Shown here piece after piece: positions 23,736-33,500 of a DNA stretch of 64,000 bases. Position 1 is the stretch's first letter, and each line of letters begins with the position of its first letter. The translations under genes and the position numbers were made by a program. Under the pieces are notes generated by a model. The model had not been told where the DNA came from. It worked only from the letters and a program-made list of their open reading frames with translations, and did no database searches. Source of the DNA: Myxococcales bacterium (GTDB lineage Bacteria > Desulfobacterota > Binatia > HRBIN30); the NCBI GenBank assembly GCA_037445065.1, contig JBBILD010000006.1, positions 96,001 to 160,000 on the forward strand, given 5' to 3'.

Positions 23736-25106
23736 TTACGTGGATTCGGGAACCTGGTACGCCAGCTCGGCGACCAGGCGAGCCGGCTCGCGGTTCCACG
23801 CCCCGATCCACTTTTCCACCACGCGCTCGGCCGGGCAGCGTCCCCGCCGCACCCAGTCGCGCGTTTGCTCGAGGTACATAGCCTCGCTTTCCTCATTTGC
23901 GGGGCGCTGGCGGTTGAGTCCGTACTCGGCAATATCGAGCAGTTCGCGAGCGAGCTCGCGCAGCTCGATGCCGCGCATGCGAGCGTGCAGGGCCTGGCGG
24001 TGTGCTTGGTGGTAGAGTTCCAAGCGCTCCTCCCAGCGCAAGTTCTTCACCAAGTCCCAAGCAGCGAGTAGGGCATCAGGGTCGTAAAACACGCCCCTGA
24101 CGAGTGCAGGCACAGCGAGCATCAACTCAGGAGGTTGGCTATCCACGGAACGGATCTCGATGTAGCGCTTCATTCGCGTTTCGGGGAACAAGGTAGTCAA
24201 GTGAGCGTTCCAGTCTCCCAACGTGGGCCGTTCCCCGTTCCAGCCTTGCTGCCAAAACTGCCGAAAGGTGAGCGAGGTCAGGTCAATCCAGCGGTCCCCC
24301 CGAACGATGAAGTACATGGGAACGTCGAGAGCGTATTCGACGTAGTCCGCAAACCCAGGGCTGCGGTCGAAAACGAATCGCAACAGGCCGCAACGCTGCC
24401 CGTCGGTGTCGGTCCAAACGTGCCCGCGGAAACTCATGTACCCGTTGAGATCGCCGTCACACAGAGGGGAGTTGGCAAAGATTGCATTGAGCAGCGGCGC
24501 GAGTGCGTTTCCCAAGCGGAGCTTGGCAATGGCGTCCGCCTCGCTCTCGTAGTCAATGTTTACTTGTACCGTTGCCGTTTGCTTCATCATCCGGTGGCCC
24601 AGCGAGCCGACTTTTTCCATGTAGGGTGCCATGATGCGGTAACGCTGCTTAGGCACCCATTCGATTTCCTCGACCCGGCTGAAGGGTTGCATGCCAAGTC
24701 CGAGGAAGGCGATCCCGAGCTCTTTGCCAATGAGCACCACCTGCCGAACGTGTTCGCGAAACTCGCGAGCCGCTTCGTGCACATTCCGCCATTGCTCGCC
24801 ACTGAGTTCCAGTTGTCCGCCGGGTTCGAGGGTGATCGAAGCGCGCTCGGAACGAAGCGCAACGATGCGGCCGTTCTCTTCGATCGGACTCCAGCCGAAC
24901 CGATCCGCCATGCGGCGGAGGACCTCTTCGATTCCGCCAGTGAAGCGCGCAGCACTGCCATCGCGTTCGTTCACTCCGACCTTCTCGTACTCGGTGCCAA
25001 TGCGCCAGTGGTCCCGGGGCTTACAGGCTTGCGCAAAGTACTCGATGAGTTGATCGTAGGATTCGATCGGGACCCGTTCTGCTTCGCTGGTGACGTATTG
25101 TGACAT
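23736..25106 (-). CDS. gshA: Glutamate-cysteine ligase (plant/alphaproteobacterial type)
   Basis: WRIGTEYEK, TLEPGGQLELSG, PKQRY, TATVQVNIDY, FANSP, DVPMYF, HLTTLFPE.R.K.YIEIR. Confidence 0.9.
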   Translation of the reverse strand: MSQYVTSEAERVPIESYDQLIEYFAQACKPRDHWRIGTEYEKVGVNERDGSAARFTGGIEEVLRRMADRFGWSPIEENGRIVALRSERASITLEPGGQLELSGEQWRNVHEAAREFREHVRQVVLIGKELGIAFLGLGMQPFSRVEEIEWVPKQRYRIMAPYMEKVGSLGHRMMKQTATVQVNIDYESEADAIAKLRLGNALAPLLNAIFANSPLCDGDLNGYMSFRGHVWTDTDGQRCGLLRFVFDRSPGFADYVEYALDVPMYFIVRGDRWIDLTSLTFRQFWQQGWNGERPTLGDWNAHLTTLFPETRMKRYIEIRSVDSQPPELMLAVPALVRGVFYDPDALLAAWDLVKNLRWEERLELYHQAHRQALHARMRGIELRELARELLDIAEYGLNRQRPANEESEAMYLEQTRDWVRRGRCPAERVVEKWIGAWNREPARLVAELAYQVPEST

Positions 25107-25388
25107 GGCTGCATGTCGCCCCGAGGCAAGCGAACCTTACCCCTGTGGCGAGTTTTCACGCAAGCTCGTCAGCGCGACACACTGTTCGCTGCGACCTCCG
25201 ATTCTATTGCTCGCGGCGCTCTCGTATGCACGAGCGGGACAGGCTTTGCGCAGGAGAGGACGCACCTGATGCCACTTGGGAGTGACGTGAGGACGACGCA
25301 GGGCCGTGTCCCAGGCGGAATGCGCGCTGCGAAGGCACGACCGCTGCCGCGCGTAGCCATGCCGCGCGCGGCAGCGCGCCCTGCCACC

Positions 25389-27167
25389 TCAACTCGTTGG
25401 CCGCCGATTTCGCGCTGCCCAGCGGTAGGAGTCGCGGGCGATGATTTCGAAAGGACCCGGCAGTGTGCCCTCCAGGGAGGAGCGCGGAGTCAGCGGGTCG
25501 GTGATGTAGATCACGTCCCGCTCCTGCCACCAGCGAGCCAGTTCTTCGCGAGCGACGAAGAGGTCGTTGACATACGGCACCAGGTACGTAGGCGGCACAA
25601 AGTCCGGCGGCCCGAGAACTTCGACCTTGCGTTGCAAGTAGAAGTTCAGGCTGGCCACCGTTTGATACTCGACCGGTGCCTCGTATACGACGATCGTATT
25701 CGGCTGCAGGTGTGGGCGAATGGCTCGCACGAGCGGGTATACCGAGTTGCTGGGCGCCATCCGCTCAAGCCCCTCGCAAAACAGTGGCACCACGCAGGCA
25801 AAGGCGGCGGCGATCGGGAGGGCGCTGAAACGCGAGCGGCGCCGCCAAAGCAGGAGGGCAAACACGCTCGCGATCGCGAGTAGCGTGAATACGCGGAGGG
25901 CGAGGCGAACGAATTCACCAGTTTGGCCGAGCCACTCTTCTTCGTGCAACAAGTGTGGCACCACCCAGAGGGCATTGAGTTGCACGAAGGCAAGAAAAGC
26001 GAACAGCCCACTGAGGGCACGTTGCCAAGCGGGATTCGGATCGCTGCTCACTTCGGAGAGGAACTTCCCGAGAAGAAGGGCGAGGAACGGCAAGGCGGGC
26101 AGCGAGTAGTGTTCCAGCCGTGAGCTCGCCAGGGAAAACAAGGCAAGCGTGGCGCCGCTTGCCGCGAGCAGGAGCACCTCCCCGTGGGCGCGCTCGGAGC
26201 GGAGTCGGGCAAGAGCCCACAGCGCGGCCAGTGGCAGAAGCGGGGTCCAAGGGTATGCCCGCATGGCAAACGCTGCCCAGAACATTCCCAAGGAGATCGG
26301 CTCCGAGTCACGCGGAAACTTCTTGTCGAAAAAAAACAAGACGTGTTGGTTCACGACGTAATCCCACAAGAACCCCTCGTGCTTGACAGACATGGCGACA
26401 TGCCACGGCAGCAGGATGGCAGCCAGCAGCCACCAAGAGCGAGGATGCAAGAAGGCAAGGAGGGTTTCCCAGCGGCGGTTGAAGGCGCACGCGGCCACAA
26501 TGGCGGCGCCACTGATCACCACACCGATCATGCCTTTGGCCAGCAACCCACAACCGGTGGCGAGCTGCCAGCCGAGCAGGGCAGGGTCGTGCCAGCGCCA
26601 GCGCCCGCGGTTCGGATCCAACAGGAAGTGCAGGCTGGCAATGGCGCCAGTTAGCGACAGAACGAGCCACAGATCCGGCCGCACTTCGTGACTTTCGACG
26701 AAAAACCCACCCATCGAAAACAGCACGCTAGCAGCGACACACCCGGTCCAAACGCCACTGGTCTGCCAACCCCACCAGAGTACCAGAGCCACAGTGAGCC
26801 AGCCGGCAATGGCGCTGGGCAGGCGAGCCGCGGCTTCAGAGATTCCAAAGAGCTGGTAACTGGTCGCAATGGCCCAGTAGGAGAGGGGGGGCTTATTCAG
26901 GAAGAGCACGTAGTTGAGATGGGGGCTCATCCAGTCTCCCCGCTCGATCATCTCGCGTGCGACCTCGGCGTACTGCCCCTCGTTGGGGTCGTCGAGGAAC
27001 GGGAAGCTGCCGAGCTGGTACGTAAATCCCCACAGTGTGACTCCGAGCATCAGCGCTGAGGCGAACGCAGCAATCGCAGGCCGCACTCGTGGTGCGGGGG
27101 TAGGCGCAGGGCGGCCCCACTCCGGCACACTCGCCGGGACGGGCTTCGGCTTGGGGACGCTCCTCAT
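25389..27167 (-). CDS. ArnT/PMT-family (GT-C) membrane glycosyltransferase
   Basis: DPNEGQYAEVAREM..GDW..P.LN...KPPL.YW, ARLPSA, LAKG; many TM helices; ATGA overlap with cobB. Confidence 0.87.
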   Translation of the reverse strand: MRSVPKPKPVPASVPEWGRPAPTPAPRVRPAIAAFASALMLGVTLWGFTYQLGSFPFLDDPNEGQYAEVAREMIERGDWMSPHLNYVLFLNKPPLSYWAIATSYQLFGISEAAARLPSAIAGWLTVALVLWWGWQTSGVWTGCVAASVLFSMGGFFVESHEVRPDLWLVLSLTGAIASLHFLLDPNRGRWRWHDPALLGWQLATGCGLLAKGMIGVVISGAAIVAACAFNRRWETLLAFLHPRSWWLLAAILLPWHVAMSVKHEGFLWDYVVNQHVLFFFDKKFPRDSEPISLGMFWAAFAMRAYPWTPLLPLAALWALARLRSERAHGEVLLLAASGATLALFSLASSRLEHYSLPALPFLALLLGKFLSEVSSDPNPAWQRALSGLFAFLAFVQLNALWVVPHLLHEEEWLGQTGEFVRLALRVFTLLAIASVFALLLWRRRSRFSALPIAAAFACVVPLFCEGLERMAPSNSVYPLVRAIRPHLQPNTIVVYEAPVEYQTVASLNFYLQRKVEVLGPPDFVPPTYLVPYVNDLFVAREELARWWQERDVIYITDPLTPRSSLEGTLPGPFEIIARDSYRWAARNRRPTS

Positions 27168-27979
27168 GCCGAGCGAGGAGAACTTTCCGAAGAGTGCGGG
27201 CTCGAGGGGCCCAGGTACCGGAGGACGCGCGCAACCAGTTGTGGCAACACTTCGGCGGCTGGTCCTCGCAGCGCCACCGTGCAGAAGCTGGACAGCTCCG
27301 TTTGGTACGGGTTCACTTCGATCAACGTCCCGCCACGCTGATGAACTTCGATCGGGAAGCCGGCGGCCGGGTACACAGTGGCCGAGGTACCGACCAGGAG
27401 CATGCAATCGGCGCGAGCCGTTTCCTCTGTACAACGAGCAAGCACGTCCGGCGGAATGGGTTCGCCAAAGGAAACCGTGTCGCTTTTCAGCAGTGAGCGA
27501 CAATGGGGACACAGAGGGGGCAAGACCTCGACACTGACTTCCTCACGGGGCCACCGCTGCACACAGCCGATGCAGCGAATCCAAAAAGCATTGCCATGGA
27601 TCTCAGCCAGTGCTTGCGATCCAGCCCGCCGGTGCAGATCGTCCACGTTTTGGGTGATCGTACAGCGTAAGACCCCGAGTCGTTCGAGTTCCACCATGGC
27701 AAGATGGCCAGGGTTCGGTTTGGCCTGTTCCAAAGTGAGCCACAGCTCGCGCATGGGTCCTTGCGGATTCAGGCGTTCCTCCCATGCCTTTTTGGGGTCG
27801 GCAAGGAAGCGCTGGTAGCCGTTCATCGGTGGTTCGCCGTACTTGGTCCACAAGCCCCCCGGACCCCGAAACGGAGGGATCCCGCTCTCTACCGACAGTC
27901 CGGCACCGGTGAGTGCCACCACGTACCGAGCCGAGGCTAACAACTGCGCGGCCCGCTCGAAATCGGTCGCATCCGTCAT
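27164..27979 (-). CDS. cobB: NAD-dependent protein deacylase (sirtuin)
   Basis: TGAGLSVESGIPPFRG, PNPGH, TQNVDDLH, HGN, CxxC..CxxC, GTSA.VYPAA, EVN. Confidence 0.92.
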   Translation of the reverse strand: MTDATDFERAAQLLASARYVVALTGAGLSVESGIPPFRGPGGLWTKYGEPPMNGYQRFLADPKKAWEERLNPQGPMRELWLTLEQAKPNPGHLAMVELERLGVLRCTITQNVDDLHRRAGSQALAEIHGNAFWIRCIGCVQRWPREEVSVEVLPPLCPHCRSLLKSDTVSFGEPIPPDVLARCTEETARADCMLLVGTSATVYPAAGFPIEVHQRGGTLIEVNPYQTELSSFCTVALRGPAAEVLPQLVARVLRYLGPSSPHSSESSPRSA

Positions 27980-28080
27980 GACCCATCCTACGCGTTGAGG
28001 ATCGAGACTCGCTTCACTATAGAATGCCGGCTTTTGTTGCAACGCGACAAGGAATACTCGGCAAAAACTTGGAGGCGGGA

Positions 28081-28605
28081 ATGCGCGGACAGAGGTTGTT
28101 TGGGATCGTGGTGGCATGCCTGTTGATCGCGAGCGCTGCTCTCGCGCGGGACCCGATTCCGGTGAAAGACAAGGACGGGAAGACCTACGCCCTCATCGTA
28201 CTCTGCAACGATTGCCGTACCCCCTCTGAGCAGCGTTGTTTCGATGGAGCAGAAGAGGGGTTTTGGAAGGGCAAGTCGTGCGGAAAATGTTTGCTCCGGG
28301 CCAACGGCGGGCGGTTGGTCGAAGTGCCGTACGACGTTCATGTAACCGGGGTGCTGACCGACGAGCAAGGCAACCCGCGCAAGGAGCGGTTCGTGAAACT
28401 CTTCATGCAAAACGGCTGGGGCCACCGCACCCGTACCTTCGATGACGGGCGGTTTCGCATCATTATGGGAGCCACGGTCGAGCGCAAGGCAAAGGAACCG
28501 TTGATCGTTGACGTCGGGCGTTTGATTGACCAGCAGAAGGACAACAAGGATCTGTATTTCGCGTTCTATTACATGTCGCCCGATTTCCAGCCCTGCCCGG
28601 ATTGA
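28081..28605 (+). CDS. Secreted hypothetical protein with two CxxC motifs
   Basis: GGAGG RBS; signal peptide MRGQRLFGIVVACLLIASAALA; CNDC and CGKC; VTGVLTDEQGNP beta-sandwich-like start. Confidence 0.72.
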   Translation: MRGQRLFGIVVACLLIASAALARDPIPVKDKDGKTYALIVLCNDCRTPSEQRCFDGAEEGFWKGKSCGKCLLRANGGRLVEVPYDVHVTGVLTDEQGNPRKERFVKLFMQNGWGHRTRTFDDGRFRIIMGATVERKAKEPLIVDVGRLIDQQKDNKDLYFAFYYMSPDFQPCPD

Positions 28606-28677
28606 CGGCAAGAACCAGCCACTTCGTGATCATCGGAGTCATCGCCCGCGGCTCGAGCCGCAGATTGTGAGCGGCGT

Positions 28678-29454
28678 TCACTCTTTGTCCGGCAGCGGTT
28701 CTCCCGGGGGAACGTATTCCTTTCCCTCTTCGGCAGCTTCGACGACGTCCTCGGTTTGCGGCGGCTCCGGCCGGGCTTCGACCACAGGAGGCGGATGCGG
28801 CCGATCTCGGTCCTCTCGCTCCCACAAGAGTTCATTGGTCTCCAGCCGATCCACCACTTCCTGCACGCCAGCAAAATCGGTCAGGAGTTTCAGCAACACT
28901 TGGTGCTCGAACTCGCTCGGCAGAGCGCCGCTCAAGTATACCACTCCGTGGCGGGCGACGATGCGCAGCTCGTCCATGTCCACCCTGCCATCCTCACGCA
29001 CCAGTTCCCGCAGCGCCTCCTCGAGTTCGCGGTCGCTCAATAAGGCGAGATCGGGTGGCACTTCCCCGTGGCGCGGCGCTTCTTCTGCTTCCGCCTCCTC
29101 GGGAATTGCGCCTTTTTCACGGCGCGCGGCACAGTTCACGCAGTACAGCGTAGTCGGTAACGCTTTGAGCCGCTTGAGGGGGATAGGTTTCCCGCAGTCC
29201 GCGCATGTGCCGTAGGTGCCGTTTGCGATTCGCAACAAAGCGGCGTCGATTGCCTCCACCTCCGCGCGCACACGTGCGTCAAGTTGATCGTAGTTGAATG
29301 CGGCCCGCTCATCCTGAGCTAGTTCCTCCAGTTCGATTTCTCGTTCCGCGACGATCTCGTCGAGGTCGGCCTCCAGGTCCAAGGCCGTCCGCAGGAGCCT
29401 GGCTTTTTGCTTACGCAGCTCCTTGGCGAATTGCATCAGGTGCTCGCTTTTCAT
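28678..29454 (-). CDS. TraR/DksA C4 zinc-finger protein fused to a BON domain
   Basis: Coiled coil plus GTYGTCADC..RLKALP..CVNC; DRELEEAL..GVVYLSG..GVQEVVDRL BON pattern; GAGGAG RBS. Confidence 0.85.
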   Translation of the reverse strand: MKSEHLMQFAKELRKQKARLLRTALDLEADLDEIVAEREIELEELAQDERAAFNYDQLDARVRAEVEAIDAALLRIANGTYGTCADCGKPIPLKRLKALPTTLYCVNCAARREKGAIPEEAEAEEAPRHGEVPPDLALLSDRELEEALRELVREDGRVDMDELRIVARHGVVYLSGALPSEFEHQVLLKLLTDFAGVQEVVDRLETNELLWEREDRDRPHPPPVVEARPEPPQTEDVVEAAEEGKEYVPPGEPLPDKE

Positions 29455-29486
29455 GAGGGCGCTCCTCTTCGTGGCTTCGAACGTCG

Positions 29487-29501
29487 GCAAGATACTTGCC
29501 A
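29487..29501 (-). promoter_or_regulatory. Putative sigma54 (-24/-12) promoter of dksA-BON
   Basis: Minus strand TGGCAAGTATCTTGC (GG-N10-GC), correctly spaced before RBS and ATG 29454. Confidence 0.65.
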
Positions 29502-29746
29502 GATCAGGCCCTGGCGCGCCAGCGTTCGGAAAGGAGGTAGGACTCCCGGCTTTGCAAAGCTGGCTGCCGGATTTGCGCAGAAGGCGGAAAGAGTCGGAAA
29601 TGCACTGACTTACTTTTAGGGCGGTCCGTACGAAGAGGTTCGCTGGGCCACTGCGCTGTGGGTAGGAGCGAGGTCCCCACTTGGGCCCGCAGCGCCGTGG
29701 CAATTGGCCGCGTAAAGCGGGGCCAGAGCCAAGAACCTTTCCGCAT

Positions 29747-30277
29747 TCACTGGATTTCGATCTTGCGCGGTCGCTTGCCTGGCTCCTCCGTCTTCGGCAA
29801 GCGGATTTCCAAAATCCCGTCTTTGAAGCTTGCGGTGGCGGCGTCTGCCTTGACCTCTACGGGTAGGGTCAGGGTGCGGATAAAGGAGCCGAAGCTGCGC
29901 TCGCTGCGATAGTAGTCGCTCTCGCGAACCTCTTCCGAGCGCTTCTTCTCGCCTTTGATGGTCAGGGTACGGTCCGAGAGCTGAACCTCCACCTGGTCCT
30001 TGTTCAAGCCCGGTAGTTCGGCCTTCACGACCAGGTTGTCCCCCTCGTCGTAGATGTCGACGGCTGGCACCTTCAGCTCCATTTCGCGCAGCGGGCGCCA
30101 CAGCTCGGGCCACTCGATGCGAGGCCAGGGTAGGCGCGGGAAATCCGCGAAAAACCGCTCGACGAAACGCTCGAAGGGATCCACCACCGTCCGTTCGACC
30201 GGCACGCTCCTCACCGGTACCACCGCGCTCGACCGCGCTGCTTTGCTCTTGCTTGTGGCTTTTCCTTTTGCTGCCAT
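29747..30277 (-). CDS. Hsp20/alpha-crystallin small heat-shock protein
   Basis: PAVDIYD..KAELPG..LTIKGEK..ERSFGSF.R..LP..A.FKDGILEI.LPK..IEI; AGGAGG RBS. Confidence 0.93.
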   Translation of the reverse strand: MAAKGKATSKSKAARSSAVVPVRSVPVERTVVDPFERFVERFFADFPRLPWPRIEWPELWRPLREMELKVPAVDIYDEGDNLVVKAELPGLNKDQVEVQLSDRTLTIKGEKKRSEEVRESDYYRSERSFGSFIRTLTLPVEVKADAATASFKDGILEIRLPKTEEPGKRPRKIEIQ

Positions 30278-30356
30278 CGTTTGCACCCTCCTGAACTGTC
30301 GTAGAGTCGGCGGTCCTCCATGTGAGTCCGCTAGCCCACGTTGGCAAGGGGTATTC

Positions 30357-30371
30357 GCAAAAGCTAGGCCG
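30357..30371 (-). promoter_or_regulatory. Putative sigma54 (-24/-12) promoter of hsp20
   Basis: Minus strand CGGCCTAGCTTTTGC (GG-N10-GC with TTGC), ~80 nt upstream of ATG. Confidence 0.45.
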
Positions 30372-30597
30372 GGTTGTCGGGAGCGCAGCTCCGGCGGGGT
30401 CGCTCGCGTTTTTCTTGGGTTTGAGAATCGCCGGCCTTCGTCTGTGGGGCTGGTTTGCAAAAAGATTTGCCTTGCTAAAGTTTTGTCCGTTCGCATAGCG
30501 TGGGTTGTGTGCGGGGCATTCACCAAAACCTCCGCGGGTGGAGGAGGCCCCTGTGAAAACGCTCAACACGAGAAACGGAGGATAAGAGGATAAGAGG

Positions 30598-33500
30598 ATG
30601 ATGTGTCAGGAGAGGAATGAATCGCGGCTCTGGTATGCCTTGCTCTTAGTTGCCTCGATGGTGGCGGTCGTGCGCCCCACATGGGCAGCGCCTGTGCCAT
30701 CGGTGAGTCTCGCGGTGCCGGGCTCGGTCCTGATCGGAGACCCGGTTTCTTTTACGGTGACGTTCGACAACGCATCGCCGACGGACGCCGGTTACGGGCC
30801 CTACATTGACCTCGAACTCCCTACCATTGGCGCCGACGGTGCCGGCCCAGCCACGGATGATGGGATCAGTTTCGTTGGCGCGACGTACTTGGGCGCGCCG
30901 GTGACGGCGACCGTACTGACCTGCCCCGTCGCTTCTCATCCCTTCACTGGGCTGCCGGTGACGTGCACGGCCGGGAACCAGCTCGTCGTGCTGGAACTCC
31001 CCTTTGGCAGCTTCACGAACGATCAGCCACCGGCAACGATCAACGTCAACACGAACTTGAGCAATCTTGCCGACCTGGGTGTGCCGCTCACCATCCGCGC
31101 CACGCCAGGGTTTCGTTTTGGGGCCGACCCGCTCGACAACCCGGGCACCGACCCGCCGATCATCGGCGCGACCCAAAACGCTGCCGTGACGCCGACCCTC
31201 ATCACGCTCTCGAAGAGCTATGACGGCCCGGAGGACGAGACCGCCACTGGGCCCAACTTTCCGCGCCGATATACGATCACGGTGGACGTCGCTCCCGGGC
31301 AAACAGTGACGAATTTGGATGTTCGCGATTTTCTGCCGAACAACATTTCGTTTAGCTCCGTGATCTCCATTACTCCGGGCAGCGGTGTGATTCTGCAACA
31401 ACCCCCCTCGGGTGTGGCCTCAAACCCCCCGAACAATGAGGTGCGGGTGCGGTTTGCCTCAGTCACGGGTGGTGCGGGACCGGATGCCACAGTGGTCTTT
31501 GAGTTTTTCGTTCCCGAATTCGATGCAAACGGTGCGCGGGTGATTGACGCGAATACCGGCGACGATGTGATTTCGGACAACCAAGCGAGGGCGGACGCGA
31601 ATTGGACGCCGATTGATACGCGCGATCCGGCTACGGCCGTGACCGTCGACCCCACTGGACCGGAGCATCGGCTCAATGATCGCTCGGTTGCAATTCAAAA
31701 GTCATCCTCGATCGTGTCGGACGTGGGCAATCCTGGGCCGTCGCCCGGCGACGTGGTCGAGTACGCGTTGGAGTTTCAGGTCTCTGATTTCTTCGCTTTC
31801 TCGAATCTCCGGATCGAGTATGACGTACTCTCCGACGGGCAGCGCCTGGACCCATCCTTTACCCCCACGTTGTCGGTCACCGAAAATGGGGCAACCACCT
31901 CGGGTCCCTTCTCTCCGACAAATTACAGTGTCACCGTGGACAGTCCTGGCACAGGCACCTCTCGGTTGTTCTTCGACATCTCGGGCGAGTTGGTGACAAG
32001 GGGCTTTAGCGGGCAACTGCTGGGCGGCCTTGTCCCCGACGGGCCACCCGCGAACGACGGGCCCACCACCGGTGTGATTCGGTACCGGGCCACGATCCTG
32101 GACCAATACACAGACGATTTTCCTTCCGGCGATCCGAGCCTGAATAGTGGGGATAGTGTGAGCAATTCGGTGACCATTGTAGGCGAGGTGCTCGACAACG
32201 CGACTCTGACGCCGACGGGTTTCTCCGAAGACGATAGCAGTGGAGCTGGTTTGACGATCCCGATTGGCGGGTTGGTGAAGAGCATTTACGCCCGTAACGG
32301 CGTTGTGGGCTCCTTTACGCAGATCGCTCCCGGCGACACGGTCACCTTCCGTCTGCAGTACACCATTCCCACTGGTGATGTAGAGGCGTTACGGCTGCAG
32401 GATTATCTGCCGTTGCCCGTTCTGTTTGCGACCGAGGTAACCACTTTCGTTGACACGGTTTCGGCGGCGCCGCCCGCCGCAGGTTTTGCCCAATTCGGCC
32501 CTGCGGATACATTTCGGGCGCTTTCCGGGATCGTTCCCTCGATCAACGTGGATGCGACCGCGAACTTGCTCGAGTTCGTGTACGGCACGTACGCAAACCC
32601 GGCGAATACGTCGGCGGTGGTAGACGTGTTGTTCACGGTAACCGTGTCGGCGAATCCGTTCACGGATGGATTGTTCCTGACTAACCAAGTGCGTGCTCGA
32701 GGACAGAACACGCAGATGGAAACCACCACCACGTCAGACAGCATTGTTCAATTCCAGCTCACCGAGCCGGTCATCCAGTGGAGCAATATCAAAGGCGCCG
32801 TCGCCAGTTCGAATCCCGCCGCGATCTTCAGCCCCGGGGCGGTGGGGCCTGTCTCCTTTACCGCACCGGGGAGCGGCTGCCCGCGTTTCTCGGGTACGAT
32901 TCACTCGAACGGGCTAGCCGCCACGCCGATCCGTAGCGACGTGTCCAACGTAGATGCGGGGGATCTCGTTACGTTCGCCATTGTCGTAGAAAACACGGGG
33001 AGTGGCCTGCGTGGTGCTTTCGATGTGCGGCTGCGCGATACGTTGCCTCCTGGATTCTCGATCCCGAGCGGCGGCCCGAATCTCTGCGTGACGGATGGCA
33101 CAGGTGCCCCGATTTCCTTCGCGAACCTCGGAGGAGGCTTGTTCGACCCGGCGGGCGGGATTGAACTGGTGGATCCCGGACCGACCTCTTCTCCGGAGGG
33201 CGCATTGGACCCGTATGACCCGACCAACGGGCGCAACATCGCCGTGATCACCTTTGACTTGAGAGTGGATGGTCCCTCGGATCCGGCTCCGGTGGCACCG
33301 CGGCAGCAACTGGTGAACACCACCACGCTGTTCAACTACGCAGGTGCGGAAGGCGGTCCGGACCATACCTTGTCCGATCCCTCGGACACCGCCACGGCGA
33401 CAATTGCTTCGCCGGCCGTCGCAAAGGCGATCACCGCTATTGTCCCGAACGGAACTGGAGGTGCGAGTACCACGGCGGGAGACATTGTGACCTACACGAT

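Noticed and set aside
25342..25376. 12-bp perfect hairpin downstream of the ArnT-like gene
   Set aside because: No U-tract on either strand and no second copy seen; cannot be called a terminator or repeat
30278..30345. ROSE-type RNA thermometer before hsp20
   Set aside because: No U(U/C)GCU motif pairing with the SD and no convincing stem
30577..30600. GAGGATAA repeated before the giant gene start
   Set aside because: Only about 2.5 copies of an 8-mer overlapping the RBS; too short to support phase variation
32800..32822. tRNA T-arm-like GTTCGAATCCC
   Set aside because: Inside the giant CDS with no cloverleaf context
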